Below, piece by piece: positions 48,832 through 62,075 of a stretch of 64,000 nucleotides of DNA (position 1 is the stretch's first letter; the number at the start of each line of letters is the position of its first letter). Below the pieces are notes generated by a model. It did no database searches. It saw only the letters and a list, made by a program, of their open reading frames with translations, and had not been told where the DNA came from. The translations under genes were made by a program, and so were the position numbers. The stretch comes from Mobula hypostoma (Eukaryota), in NCBI RefSeq assembly GCF_963921235.1, contig NC_086108.1:86988001-87052000 (forward strand). Direction: 5' to 3'.

Positions 48832-49497
48832 TTTTACTTTACTTTATTGTCGCCAAACAATTGATACTAGAATGTACAATCATCACAGCGATATTTGATT
48901 CTGCGCTTCGCGCTCCCTGGATTACAAATCGATAATAAATATTAAAAATTTAAATTATAAATCATAAATAGAAAATAGAAGAGGGAAAGTAAGGTAGTGC
49001 AAAAAAAAAACGGAGAGGCAGGTCCGTATATTTAGAGGGTACGTCCCAGATCTGGGTCAGGATCCGTTCAGCAGTCTTATCACAGTTGGAAAGAAGCTGT
49101 TCCCAAATCTGGCCGTACGAGTCTTCAACCTCCTGAGCCTTCTCCCGGAGGGAAGAGGGACGAAAAGTGTGTTGCCTGGGTGGGTCGTGTCCTTGATTAT
49201 CCTGGCAACACTGCTCCAACAGCGTGTGGTGTAAAGTGAGTCCAAGGATGGAAGATTGGTTTGTGTGATGTGCTGCGCCGTGTTCACGATCTTCTGCAGC
49301 TTCTTCCGGTCTTGGACAGGACAACCAGGTTGTGATGCACCCTAGAAGAATGCTTTCTACAATGCATCTATAAAAATTAGTGAGGGTTTTAGGGGACAGG
49401 CCAAATTTCTTTAGCTTTCTCAGGAAGTAAAGGCGCTGGTGGGCCTTCTTGGCAGTGGACTCTGCTTGGTTGGACCAAGTCAAGTCATTTGTGATAC
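48832..49497 (-). mobile_element. Rex1/Babar-like LINE 3' fragment
   Basis: KKAHQRLYFLRKLKKF, NFYRCIVESIL, HPGNTLFVPLPSGRR, NSFFPTVIRLLN. Confidence 0.85.
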
Positions 49498-49831
49498 AAG
49501 TAGAAGCACAGAATAGAATAGCAATAATGTAAGATACTAAAACACAGGCTCAGCCACAAGTGGCCACCACACTTGTGGCTGAACCTGAAAAAGAAGTAAA
49601 AGCTTCTGACATGGTGTTGACATGCGGGTGGGACTGTAACATTGAAAGAGCGACTGTTGTCTTCCCTGTCGCTGTGGAAGGAATAATACCTGTCTTTCCC
49701 TTGTTAGTGAGAGAGAGAGCCTGTGGAATGTCAAAATATTGGAAGGAACAGTTAGTTTTTGATGGACTGCAGGTGATGGTCTCTCTTCGGCAGCTTCGCT
49801 GTTACTTGCATGGTGAGTGGTGGGAATGCTG

Positions 49832-52115
49832 AGGCTTTAGGTCAGATGGTCAGATCACAGCCTGGTGCATCTAAAACCCTGCTACGTGCCTCTGGTGAAG
49901 AGTAAACCTGCAACCTCGAGGACAGTGAGGAAATGGTCAGAGGAGGCTTATGAGGCGCTCCAGGGTTGTTTTGAAGTGACAGACTGGCAGGCACTCTGTG
50001 AGCCACATGGAGAGGATATTGATGGGCTCACAGAGTGCATCACTGATTACATTAACTCCTGTGTGGACTGCAATGTTCCGACAAGAACTGTCCTTTGTTA
50101 TTCAAATAACAAGCCATGGGTGACAAAGGCCATTAAGGACATCCTGAACACTAAAAAGAGGGCGTTCAGAGATGGAAATAGGGAGGAGCTGAGGGCAATA
50201 CAGAGGGACCTGAAAGCCAGGATCAGGGAGGCTAAAGACAGGTACAGGAGGAAGCTTGAGTGGAAACTCCAGCAGAACAACATGAGAGAGGTCTGGAGGG
50301 GGATGAGGACCATCACTGGGTTCCGGCAAACTAGCAACAGAGGAGCTGAAGGCAGTGTGGACAGGGCCAACAAACTTAACCTGTTCTTTAACAGATTTGA
50401 CATTGTGACCCCTGCCCATCCCCCACATGAGCCATCAGTTGTCGGCCCCCAACCAACACATATTCCACTCTCCCCTCCTACCCCTCCTCACAGTCCCCCA
50501 CCCTGCTCTCATGATTATACCCCTCCCCTACATGAAACCACCACGGTGGGCTTCACGGCTGAACAGGTGAGAAGACAGCTGAAACATCTCAACCCAAGCA
50601 AGGCTGCAGGACCGGATGGTGTCAGTACCAGGGTGCTCAAGGCCTGTGCCCCTCAACTATGTGGAGTACTTCGCCATGTCTTCAACCTGAGTCTGAGGCT
50701 CCAGAGGGTTCCTGTACTGTGGAAGATGTCCTGCCTTGGCCCTGTGCCGAAGACGCCGCGCCCCAGCGGCCTCAATGACTACAGACTGGTGGCATTGACC
50801 TCCCACATCATGAAGACCCTGGAGAGACTTGTTCTGGAGCTGCTCCGGCCTATGGTCAGGCCACACTTAGATCCCCTCCAGTTCGCCTACCAGCCCCAAC
50901 TAGGAGTTGAGGATGCCATCGTCTACCTGCTGAAACGTGTCTACGCCCACCTGGACAAGCCAGCGAGCACTGTGAGGGTCATGTTTTTTGACTTCTCCAG
51001 TGCGTTCAACACCATCCGCCCTGCTCTGCTGGGGAAGAAGCTGACAGCGATGCACGTGGATGCTTCCCTGGTATCATGGATTCTTGATTACCTGACTGGC
51101 AGACCACAGTACTTGTGCTTGCAACACTGTGTGTCCGATAGAGTGATCAGCAGACTGGGGCTCCACAGGGGACTGTCTTGTCTCCCTTTCTCTTCACCAT
51201 TTACACCTCGGACTTCAACTACTGCACAGAATCTTGTCATCCTCAGAAGTTTTCTGATGACTCTGCCATAGTTGGATGCATCAGCAAGGGAGATGAGGTT
51301 GAGTACAGGGCTACAGTAGGAAACTTTGTCACATGGTGTGAGCAGAATTATCTGCAGCTTAATGTGAAAAAGAGTAAGGAGCTGGTGGTAGACCTGAGGA
51401 GAGCTAAGGTACCGGTGACCCCTGTTTCCATCCAGGGGGTCAGTGTGGACATGGTGGAGGATTACAAATACCTGGGGATACGAACTGACAATAAACTGGA
51501 CTGGTCAAAGAACACTGAGGCTGTCTACAAGAAGGGTCAGAGCCATCTCTATTTCCTGAGGAGACTGAGGTCCTTTAACATCTGCCGGACGATGCTGAGG
51601 ATGTTCTACGAGTCTGTGGTGGCCAGTGCTATCATGTTTGCTGTTGTGCACTGGGGCAGCAGGCTGAGGACAACAGACACCAACAGAATCAACAAACTCA
51701 TTCGTAAGGCCAGTGATGTTGTGGGGATGGAACTGGACTCTCTAACGGTGGTGTCTGAAAAGAGGATGCTGTCCAAGTTGCATGCCATCTTGGTCAATGT
51801 CTCCCAACCACTACATAATGTACTGGGTGGGCACAGGAGTACATTCAGCCAGAGACTCATTCCTCCGAGATGCAACACAGAGCGTCATAGGAAGTCATTC
51901 CTGCCTGTGGCCATCAAACTTTACAACTCCTCCCTTGGAGAGTCAGACACCCTGAGCCGATAGGCTGGTCCTGGATTTATTTCATAATTTACTGGCATAA
52001 TTTACATATTACTATTTAACTATTTATGGTTCTATTACTATTCATTATTTATGGTGCAACTGTAGCGAAAACCAATTTCCCCCGGGATCAATAAAGTTAT
52101 GACTATGACTATGAC
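49832..52115 (+). mobile_element. Rex1/Babar LINE, 5'-truncated, RT with one frameshift (ORFs 49865-51271 and 51178-51963)
   Basis: NNKPWVT, KAAGPDG, NDYRLVALTSHIMKTLERL, DPLQFAY, FFDFSSAFNTI, KFSDDSAIVG, YKYLG, LYFLRRLRSF; (GACTAT)n tail. Confidence 0.95.
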
Positions 52116-52841
52116 TTATGCTAGAATAAATGTGAGGAGGCCGGATGCTACTTGCTGCTGTTTGGCCATTCGAGGGGGCAGGGGGCTTTGGGGTTCTTAC
52201 GGCTTTTCTCTGTCATTTATTCTTTGGGTTCTCTTTTCCTTCTGTTTTGAGGATGTCTATAAACAGTAAGAATTCCAGGTTCTGTATATGGTATAAATAA
52301 ATGGAACTATCAAACAAAATTTCACTAGAAATGGTACTGGGGATGAATGAATCATGTCAGCAGTTAGTCTGGGCACATTCCCCTGCGACAAGAAAGGTTG
52401 CAAGGGTGTCTGATACTCAAAAACAGAAGGGAATTGTTGGGGTAAGTCGAGGCCCAACAGTCAAACCAATGATTGGCAAGTCCCAGGGTCAAGGCCCAAA
52501 CATCAAACACATGATCAGTGAGTCATGGGATCGATACCGAGAGGTCAGTGAAGTCTGGAGGGCAAAGCCGAAGATTGAAGTCCAGAGGTCAGCAAGTACG
52601 GAGGTAGAAAGACTGAAAGGTCAAAGACTGAATTCAGCGAGTCCAGAGGTAGAGGCCTGAAGGTCAAGACTGTGAGTCCAGGCCAAAGGCTAGAGGTTAG
52701 AGGCCTGATGTCTGAGAAACTGGGGCCTTGCAGGCTGCCCCCAGCACATCCTTGAGTGTGTTGATTGTTAATGCAAATGCCATATTTCAATGTACATGTG
52801 ATAAGTAAATCTTCTGAAGAGGGAGTGAATCGTGCGGAGGT

Positions 52842-53469
52842 ATGACTGACCTTGTACGTACTAAACGTACTCGGAAGACCAAAGCTCCGCAGGTGCCGAA
52901 GAATGATTCCATATCCAAGGTGATCATACATGCAGTGGCGGATACAAAGGAGCGCTGCGGCCTCTCGCTCGCCGGTGTCAAGAAGGTGCTATTGGGCAGC
53001 GGCTACGATGTAACGAAAAACAACTCTCAGATAATCCAGGCGCTGAGGACTATGGTGAAAAAGGGTTCGTTAGTGAACGCCACTGGTAAAGGAGCCTCAG
53101 GCTCCTTCAAACTCAGCAAGGAACAGAAGGACCAGATGGAGCGGGCAGAGAAGAAAGAGAGGTCGCATCACGAACCTCCGCCGTCAAAACATCGGGGAAA
53201 AACATGCGGCCAAGAGACCCGCCCCCGGTAAGAAACCCAAAAAGACGTCTCGGGGGATGAAGAAATTCGGTGGCCGTAAGAAGTGGGCGAAAGACGGCAG
53301 AAAACCGAAAACTGTTTCGGGGAGAAAAGCAGTCAGGAAAGGTAAGAAGGCAAGTCGCCAACGTCCAGAAACAAGGAAACCAACCAAATGGCCGGCAAAA
53401 GCGGAGAAGCCTCAGATACAGACATTGTCCTCCGAGAAAGTTGGCTCAGAGCAGCACCAGAACACCTGA
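52842..53469 (+). pseudogene. Linker histone H1-like gene, intronless, frameshifted in the C-terminal tail (pseudogene or assembly indel)
   Basis: ORF 52842-53231 has the H1/H5 globular domain (I..AV...KER.GLSLAGVKKVL...GYDVTKNNS.I..AL..MV.KGSLV..TGKGASGSFKL). The K/R-rich tail KHAAKRPAPGKKPKKTSRG...KAVRKGKKASR continues in another frame to TGA at 53467-53469, and AATAAA overlaps the stop. Confidence 0.88.
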
Positions 53470-53739
53470 ATAAAGGCATCAACAGAGACCTAAATTACCT
53501 GAATTACCTGAATCTGAAGTGTTCTCATATGCAGAAGGGTTATAAACTAGGCAACGTGGAAAGAAGATGATTGACAAAAACTTTAAGAGATGAAAGGAAA
53601 TCTTTTACACAGCAGGTAATTTTTTGGAATTAAAAGCCAGGTGTAGTGGTGGAGGCAGATTCAATTGTAGTGCTCACAGGAAAGCCCGATAGTTACCCGA
53701 AAGAAAAGAATTTGCAGGACTATGGAACCTCCATGCACC

Positions 53740-56070
53740 GTGAGAGGCCCTTTGGGTAAGAGTGACCATAATATGGTGGAATTCTTCATTAAGATGGAGA
53801 GTGACATAGTTAATTCAGAAACAAAGGTTCTGAACTTAAAGAGGGGTAACTTTGAAGGTATGAGACGTGAATTAGCTAAGATAGACTGGCAAATGACACT
53901 TAAAGGATTGACGGTGGATATGCAATGGCAAGCATTTAAAGATTGCATGGATGAACTACAACAATTGTTCATCCCAGTTTGGCAAAAGAATAAATCAAGG
54001 AAGGTAGTGCACCCGTGGCTGACAAGAGAAATTAGGGATAGTATCAATTTCAAAGAAGAAGCATACAAATTAGCCAGAAAAAGTTGCTCACCTGAGGACT
54101 GGGAGAAATACAGAGTTCAGCAGAGGAGGACAAAGGGCCTAATTAGGAAGGGGAGAAAAGATTATGAGAGAAAACTGGCAGGGAACATAAAAACTGACTG
54201 TAAAAGCTTTTATAGATAATGTAAAAAGGAAAAGACTGGTAAAGACAAATGTAGGTCCCTTACAGACAGAAACAGGTGAATTGATTATGGGGAGCAAGGA
54301 CATGGCAGACCAATTGAATAATTACTTTGGTTCTGTCTTCACTAAGGAGGACATAAATAATCGTCCAAAAATAGTAGGGGACAGAGGGTCCAGTGAGATG
54401 GAGGAACTGAGCGAAATACATGTTAGTAGGGAAGTGGTGTTAGGTAAATTGAAGGGATTAAAGGCAGATAAATCCCCAGGGCCAGATGGTCTGCATCCCA
54501 GAGTGCTTAAGGAAGTAGCCCAAGAAATAGTGGATGCATTAGTGATAATTTTTCAAAACTCGTTAGATTCTGGACTAGTTCCTGAGGATTGGAGGGTGGC
54601 TAATGTAACCCCACTTTTTAAAAAAGGAGGGAGAGAGAAACCGGGGAATTATAGACCTGTTAGCCTAATGTCGGTGGTGGGGAAACTGCTAGAGTCAGTT
54701 ATCAAAGATGTGATAACAGCACATTTGGAAAGCGGTGAAATCATCGGACAAAGTCAGCATGGATTTGTGAAAGGAAAATCATGTCTGACGAATCTCATAG
54801 AATTTTTTGAGGATGTAACTAGTAGAGTGGATAGGGGAGAACCAGTGGATGTGGTATATTTGGATTTTCAAAAGGCTTTTGACAAGGTCCCACACAGGAG
54901 ATTAGTGTGCAAACTTAAAGCACACGGTATTGGGGGTAAGGTATTGATGTGGATAGAGAATTGGTTGGCAGACAGGAAGCAAAGAGTGGGAATAAACGGG
55001 ACCTTTTCAGAATGGCAGGCAGTGACTAGTGGGGTACCGCAAGGCTCAGTGCTGGGACCCCAGTTGTTTACAATATATATTAATGACTTGGATGAGGGAA
55101 TTAAATGCAGCATCTCCAAGTTTGTGGATGACACGAAGCTGGGCGGCAGTGTTATCTGTGAGGAGGATGCTAAGAGGATGCAGGGTGACTTGGATAGGTT
55201 GGGTGAGTGGGCAAATTCATGGCAGGTGCAATTTAATGTGGATAAATGTGAAGTTATCCACTTTGGTGGCAAAAATAGGAAAACAGATTATTATCTGAAT
55301 GGTGGCCAATTAGGAAAAGGGGAGGTGCAACGAGATCTGGGTGTCATTATACACCAGTCATTGAAAGTGGGCATGCAGGTACAGCAGGCGGTGTAAAAGG
55401 CGAATGGTATGCTGGCATTTATAGCAAGAGGATTCGAGTACAGGAGCAGGGAGGTACTACTGCAGTTGTACAAGGCCTTGGTGAGACCACACCTGGAGTA
55501 TTGTGTGCAGTTTTGGTCCCCTAATCTGAGGAAAGACATCCTTGCCATAGAGGGAGTACAAAGAAGGTTCACCAGATTGATTCCTGGGATGGCAGGACTT
55601 TCATATGAAGAAAGACTGGATGAACTGGGCTTGTACTCGTTGGAATTTAGAAGATTGAGGGGGGATCTGATTGAAACGTATAAAATCCTAAAGGGATTGG
55701 ACAGGCTAGATGCAGGAAGATTGTTCCCGATGTTGGGGAAGTCCAGAACGAGGGGTCACAGTTTGAGGATAAAGGCAAAGCCTTTTAGGACCGAGATTAG
55801 GAAAAACTTCTTCACACAGAGAGTGGTGAATCTGTGGAATTCTCTGCCACAGGAAACAGTTGAGGCCAGTTCATTGGCTATATTTAAGAGGGAGTTAGAT
55901 ATGGCCCTTGTGGCTACGGGGATCAGAGGGTATGGAGGGAAGGCTGGTGCAGGGTTCTGAATTGGATGATCAGCCATGATCATAATAAATGGCGGTGCAG
56001 GCTCGAAGGGCCGAATGGCCTACTCCTGCACCTATTTTCTGTGTTTTTCTATGTTCTATGTTTTCTATGT
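53740..56070 (+). mobile_element. Young CR1 LINE, same subfamily as 18830-21592
   Basis: Near-identical protein fragments (53722-54219, 54281-55396, 55409-55960); a frameshift at ~54217, a TAA at ~55394, and a (TTCTATGT)n tail. Confidence 0.97.
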
Positions 56071-56532
56071 TTTGGTTGCCATGTTGTAGGAAAGACATTA
56101 TTAAACTGGGAAGAGTACAGAGGTTGCTGCCAGATCTCAAGGGCCTGAGCTACAGGGAGATTACTTTAATTTATGTAATATAGGAGATCGAGGGGTGACC
56201 AGAAAAAGGTGTATGAAATCATGAGCGGATGCACATAGTTTTTTTACTGAGGAAGGGGAACTAAAAACTGGAGGATGTAGGTTTGAGGTGAATGAAGAAA
56301 CTTTTAAAAAAGCCCTGAGGAGCAGTTTCTTCACAGAGGATAGTGCATGGACGGAATGAGCTGCCACAGAAAGTGATTGAAAATGGTAACAACATTTGAA
56401 GTACATTTGTTTAAGGTCATAGATAGATGGGGCTTGGAGGGATGTGGACTAAATGTGGGCAAAAGAGATTAGTTTGGTGGGGACCATGGGTGGGATGAAC
56501 AACTCAGACTGAAGTGACTGCATGACTCTATA
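56071..56532 (+). mobile_element. Old CR1 3' fragment
   Basis: FWLPCCRKDIIKLGRVQR remnant and ttcttcacagagga..tggacggaatgagctgcca. Confidence 0.7.
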
Positions 56533-58876
56533 GGAAGAGGGATGAGCTTAATTTCTCTTACATAGAGCCAGTAAAAAAAAATTTACTGGACTGAATAGCT
56601 TCCTTCCCACGATTGTAACCATCCCACAATTCACTGGTTTAGACCAAAGCTTCTCACCATGTTTCACGGTAAACACATGGACAGCAACAAAATTCCACCA
56701 GCCTTGCTGAAGGATTTAGTTTAGATTTGGTGAGGGAGTGCTGATGCCTAGATTCTATGTGGAGACCTCAGAGAGCTTGGGCCTGAGGGAATGGAAGGGC
56801 AGTCTCTTAGCAAATCTACAAACAGGTTGAAACATACAGTAGGTGAATAGCTGATGCTAGCCATTAAGAAAAAAGTATTTGTCATTGTAACTTTACCTGC
56901 AGTCTGATTTCATAGAAGGCACCAAGCATTCATTGTCAAGCGTTTCTGTAAGATGATCAGAAATGAGTGGATATTAGCTATTGAAATGAAGAACTGATAA
57001 AGAATCAACAGGAAAGCATCAATTGGTGAACTCACTGAACAATCAGTTGCTCACTTTAAGCTGCGGCTCTAGCCTGACCTTCCGACAATTTCAAATTCTT
57101 CCAAACCAGGAGGGAGATTCTTCATGCCATGCTTGGTCCATATGTATGTTGGCAACATTTTATAGAATTTAAGGCACGGTCATTCACAATATACAGAAGG
57201 TAAATGCTTGATGACTAGTGAAGAGAGCCTTCAGACCTCCAGAGGAAGTTCTCCACTGTGCACCTATAGAAGTTTGTCAGATGACATGCTGAGTATCTTA
57301 AGAAAGTATCGATTCTCTCTGTCTTCATGGTTGCATCTATGTCCTGGGCCAATGTAAAATTTTGACACCCGGAAACTTGTGGTTGCTCACCCTTTCCAGC
57401 ACAAACCCTTCAATGAGGATGGTCCTAGTTTGCCTATCTTCTCCTTCTTAAAATCCACAATCAGCTCTTTGGTTTTTCTGATGTTGATTGGAATTCTGTT
57501 GTTACAATACCACTTCACCAGCTGAATCTAATCTGATATAATATAATCCTCGGTTTATTATATGGGCTGGCAGATGATTGGGAGGTGCTGCCATTACATT
57601 TGTGCCATCACTAAGAGTCTACATGTGGGAAAATAAACTGAAGCACAAAAGCTCCTCCATTTTCCGCACATGGTGAGTAACTTTGTGGGTTGTATCCAAA
57701 TAATCTTCCTGGTATGAGAAGAATTTGAGAGTTGCATTTTACTGGCATAGACAAAAGGGTCATCGATGTCACATTCTGTACACTGGAATAAACCAAAGGC
57801 AAAATAACTCACAAAATCTCTAATATAAGTATCTTCCAGTCTACAAGATTACTTGAATTGGTTTCTGTTTGCAACCAGACAAGAGACACATCCAGTCCAA
57901 CAGCAAGTTAAATAAAATGTTAACACCATTCATGCCTTCACACATTCAGGAACTACTGTTGCCAATATCAGATAGAAGCAGCTTCATAAGGTAGGAATAT
58001 CATCACATGATATCATGACATTCACTATGTTGAGGGCTGCATTCACACTACCATCCCATATTTAAAATCACATCAAGCTTAAATCATGAAACTCAGAGCG
58101 AAACTACACGTCGGTCTTCCTTTTCTCCTTCCCATCACCTTTATAACATAATCCCAGCTAGAGAGAGTACAGTACTGCCTGCAGGCTAACAAAGCTGAAA
58201 AGCCAGGCAGAGGAAATTAAAAGTAGTTAAATTCCTGCCTTCAGTTCTCCCTGTCTCTGTCTCGCTCAGTCAGTGAAGCACGAACATTGCAGGTCACATT
58301 TCAGTTGACTTGATGGTGAAGTGCCTCCGGGGTGACCAGACTGGAATGGGAAAAGTTTATGAAGTTCAGAAATCACAGCAGCCTGCTGAAGATAGCAAGC
58401 CGCTGGTGACTGGCACTGGAGCCAGTGCTGTGAGCGGTCCAGATGCCAAGTACTGAATAGGAAAGGGAGAAAATGTAATTAAGCAATAAAATAAGGAGCC
58501 CTGGGAGTGTGAGGGGAGAAGTTCTCCCAGGCGACCAAATAAACAACTTTTAACTCTGAAGATTCTTTAATCATTCATGTGTATATGTGCCCACACTTGT
58601 CTCTGTCTATTACATGTCTGCATGTAATATTAGAATCAAGTGCTTTTGTGTTTGTAGATAACTGGATTTAATTATGTCTGTGTATTTGTGCCCACATGAT
58701 TATGTACATTTATGCATTTTATTCTTGTGAATCTGCACACATCTGATCACTGTGCCTGTTTAATGCTGCTGTTGTCCGTACTTCCTAGGTTGAGAGTTTA
58801 TCCTGAATGGACGCATTCCACTGAGGGATCTCAAGCACATATAAAAAAAATCTAGAAAAGTAACATGCAGGCAGAT

Positions 58877-59366
58877 AGAAACATAGAAACATAGAAAATA
58901 GGTGCAGGAGTAGGCCATTCGGCCCTTCAAGCCCGCACCGCCATTTATTATGATCATGGCTGATCATCCAACTCAGAACCCCGCCCCAGCCTTCCCTCCA
59001 TACCCCCTGACCCCCGTAGCCACAAGGGCCATATCTAACTCCCTCTTAAATATAGCCAATGAACTGGCCTCAACTGTTTCCTGTGGCAGAGAATTCCACA
59101 GATTCACCACTCTCTGTGTGAAGAAGTTTTTCCTAATCTCGGTCCTAAAAGGCTTCCCCTTTATCCTCAAACTGTGACCCCTCATTCTGGACTTCCCCAA
59201 CATCGGGAACAATCTTCCTGCATCTAGCCTGTTCAATCCCTTTAGGATTTTATACGTTTCAATTAGATCCCCCCTCAATCTTCTAAATTCCAACTAGTAC
59301 AAGCCCAGTTCATCCAGTCTTTCTTCATATGAAAGTCCTGCCATCCCAGGAATCAATCTGGTGAAC
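58877..59366 (-). mobile_element. Young CR1 3' fragment (third copy of the subfamily) nested in an older CR1
   Basis: ORF 58973-59293 is almost identical to the C-terminus of the 777-aa ORF; TSD CAGAT at 58872-58876 and 59367-59371. Confidence 0.95.
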
Positions 59367-59371
59367 CAGAT

Positions 59372-61095
59372 CTGGTGAAAAGATGAAATATAAAAGTAAG
59401 CTAGCTAGTAAGATAAAAGAAGACACCAAAGGTTTTTTTTTCAAATCTATAAAGAATAAAAGAAAAACAAGAATGGACATTGGACCTGTGGAAAACATTG
59501 CTGCAGAGAGAGTAATAAGAATAAAAAAATGGTTTCCCATTGTTACTACTCCCGAATAATGAACTAAATAGGTATTTTGGGCCAGTCTTCGTTGTGGAAG
59601 ACACAATCAATATGCCAGAAATTTAGGAGAGTCAGGGGCCAGAAATGAGTATATTTGCTACAACTACAGAAAATGTGCTTGGGAAGATGGAAGATATCAA
59701 GGTGAATATGTCACCTGACCGGGTGGTCTACACCCCAGGGTTCTAAAAACAGTGGTTTTCAAAATAGTGATCTTCTATGAATCACTACAGTTCAAGAAGA
59801 CTGGAAAATCACTAATGTTATTCCACTCTTTAAAAAGGTAAGGAGGCATAAGACAAGAAATTATAGGCCAGTTAGCCTGACTACAATGGTTGGTAAAATT
59901 TTAGAGCCCACTGTTAAAGATGAGGTTTTGGGGTATTTGAAGCGCATGATAAAATAGGCTGAAGTCAGCATGGTTTCTTTAAGGGGAGATCTTGCCTGCC
60001 AAATCTGTTGGAATTCTTTGAGGAATTAACAGGCAGGATAGACCAATGAGAGTCAGTCAGTGTTACTTACCTAGGTTTTCAGAAGGCCCTTGACAAGATA
60101 CTGTACACGAGGCTACCAAACAAGATAAGAGCCCATGTTATTACAGGACAGATGCCAGCATGGTTAGGAGATTGGCTGACTGACAGAAGGCAAAGGGTGG
60201 GAATAAAGGGGGCTGTTTCTGGTTGGCTGATGGTGAGTAGTGGGTGTTTCCCAGATGTTGGTGTTTGGTCTGCAGCTTTTCATGTTATATGTTAGTACTC
60301 TGTTTGATGGATTTAGTGGCCTAGCGCCCAAGTTTACGGATAACACAATGATAGGTGAAGGATATGTCGTGTAACAGGGAGACTGCATAGGGACTTACAC
60401 AGGTTGGGAGAATGAACAAGTAAATGGCAGATGGAATACAATGTAGGGAAGTGCATGGTTATACCCTTTGCTGGAAGGTACACAGGCTTCTAAGAAAGGT
60501 TAGCATTCATTTCAAGAGGACTAGAATATAAAAGCAAAGATGTTATGCTGACATTTTATAAGGCATTGTTCAGACAACATTTGGAGGACTGTAAGTAGTT
60601 TGGACCCTATATCTGACAAATGATGTGCTGTTGTTGGAGAGGGTCCAAAGGTTTATGAGAATGATCCTGGGGATGAAAGGGTTGACACGGGTGGAGTGTT
60701 TGAAAGCTTTGGGCCTGTACTCACTGAAACCTACTGGATATTAAAAAGACTGGTTAGAGTGGATATGGAAAGGATTTTTCCAGTAGCGGGAGAGTCTAGG
60801 ATCAGAAGGAACAGCCCTCTGGCCTTAGATTCTCCCTTTTAAACAGAGATGAGGAGGAATTTCATTAGCCAGAGGGTGGTGACTCTGTGGAACTCATTGT
60901 CATATACAGCTGTGGATTCCAGGTCATTGGGTACGTTTAAAGCAGAGGTTGATCGGTTCTTGATTGGTAAGATTGTCAAAGATTTTGTGGAAAAGGTAGG
61001 AGAATGGAGTTCAGCAGAATTAATAAATCATCTATGATAGAATGGCAGATCAGACTTGATGGGCCAAATGGCTCCTGTGTATTGTGATTTTATGA
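59372..61095 (+). mobile_element. Old decayed CR1 LINE (probably beginning near 58800, before the nested copy)
   Basis: aattataggccagttagcctgac (NYRPVSL), agtcagcatggtttc (SQHGF), RRNFISQRVVTLWNSL; many stops. Confidence 0.88.
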
Positions 61096-61917
61096 CCTCA
61101 CATTCTTGTGTGCACGTGGAGTGGGGAGGATGCACTGGATCCAATGTCTTAGGATGAACCTAAATACCTTATCAGGGAAAAATGGATGACCTTGGTGGAA
61201 AGCTCACCACAGTTGAGATTTGAGATCAATTTTAACTAACTTCCATTGTCTTAAAGAAATGAAAGCTACCTTTATCCACAAGTCTATTTTGCTCATATTG
61301 ATTTCTAATATGGTTCCCATAGTAGAGAATTAATCACTGTATTGAGTGCTGACGACCAATTTTATGTATGCATTGACTGGGGAAATGGTTAATATTTGAC
61401 AGAGGTTATATCACCGTATATTCTTTTTTTATGGTAAGGTTATAAATTTCTTCAGCGGATGGGGTGGGAAAGCCCCTGTGATCTCCCATAGTTCATAATA
61501 TTGTTCAATAGAGAGCAGCATCCCCAAAGGAACATGGCTAAAGGCAACGTTGAGAACTTGCGACTGTCACTTTGATACAGCAATGGCTAAAACTCATTCT
61601 TGCACGCGAATTAATCTGTTACTGATTTACCCATTGGCAGAATAAATCAGAGCTTTACATTCTAACAACCTTTACATAAAATATTACCTTGAAGAATTTT
61701 TTGAATTATCAGTGGAATAGTGAAGTTGGTATATTCATGGCTGTCCAATGTATATCCTTCTACTACTATGACTTCAAGATACCAAGCTAGTCTAGAACTA
61801 CGGCATAATGTCTACTGTGAGTAAAATCCAAATATTCACATTAAACGTCTCAAGGTATACAAAGCCATCTCTTGCTGAAATGACCTGAAATGAACCCAAA
61901 ACTATATGGAGAGGTTT

Positions 61918-62075
61918 GAGACTGCAGATGCTAGAATTTAAAGCAACACACAAAAAGTCAGGGGAGCTCAGCAGGTCAAGCAGCATCTGTAAACAGACAG
62001 TCAATGCGTCGAGTGAAGACCCTTCATCTAGTCCAGATCAAAGGTCTCAACCCGAAGCCTTGAGTGTTTATTTCT
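61918..62075. mobile_element. Penelope terminal-repeat MITE-like fragment
   Basis: actgcagatgctagaa..gcaacacacaaaa..ctcagcaggtcaagcagcatctgt..gacccttcatc. Confidence 0.65.

Noticed and set aside
52771..52778. Octamer ATGCAAAT upstream of the H1-like gene
   Set aside because: It falls within a repeat tail (compare ~48765-48815), and the octamer is characteristic of H2B rather than H1 promoters, so it is probably coincidental.
53436..53500. Histone 3' stem-loop
   Set aside because: GGCTCAGAGC lies inside the tail reading frame and lacks the GGYYCTTTT-AGRRCC geometry; nothing matching follows the stop.
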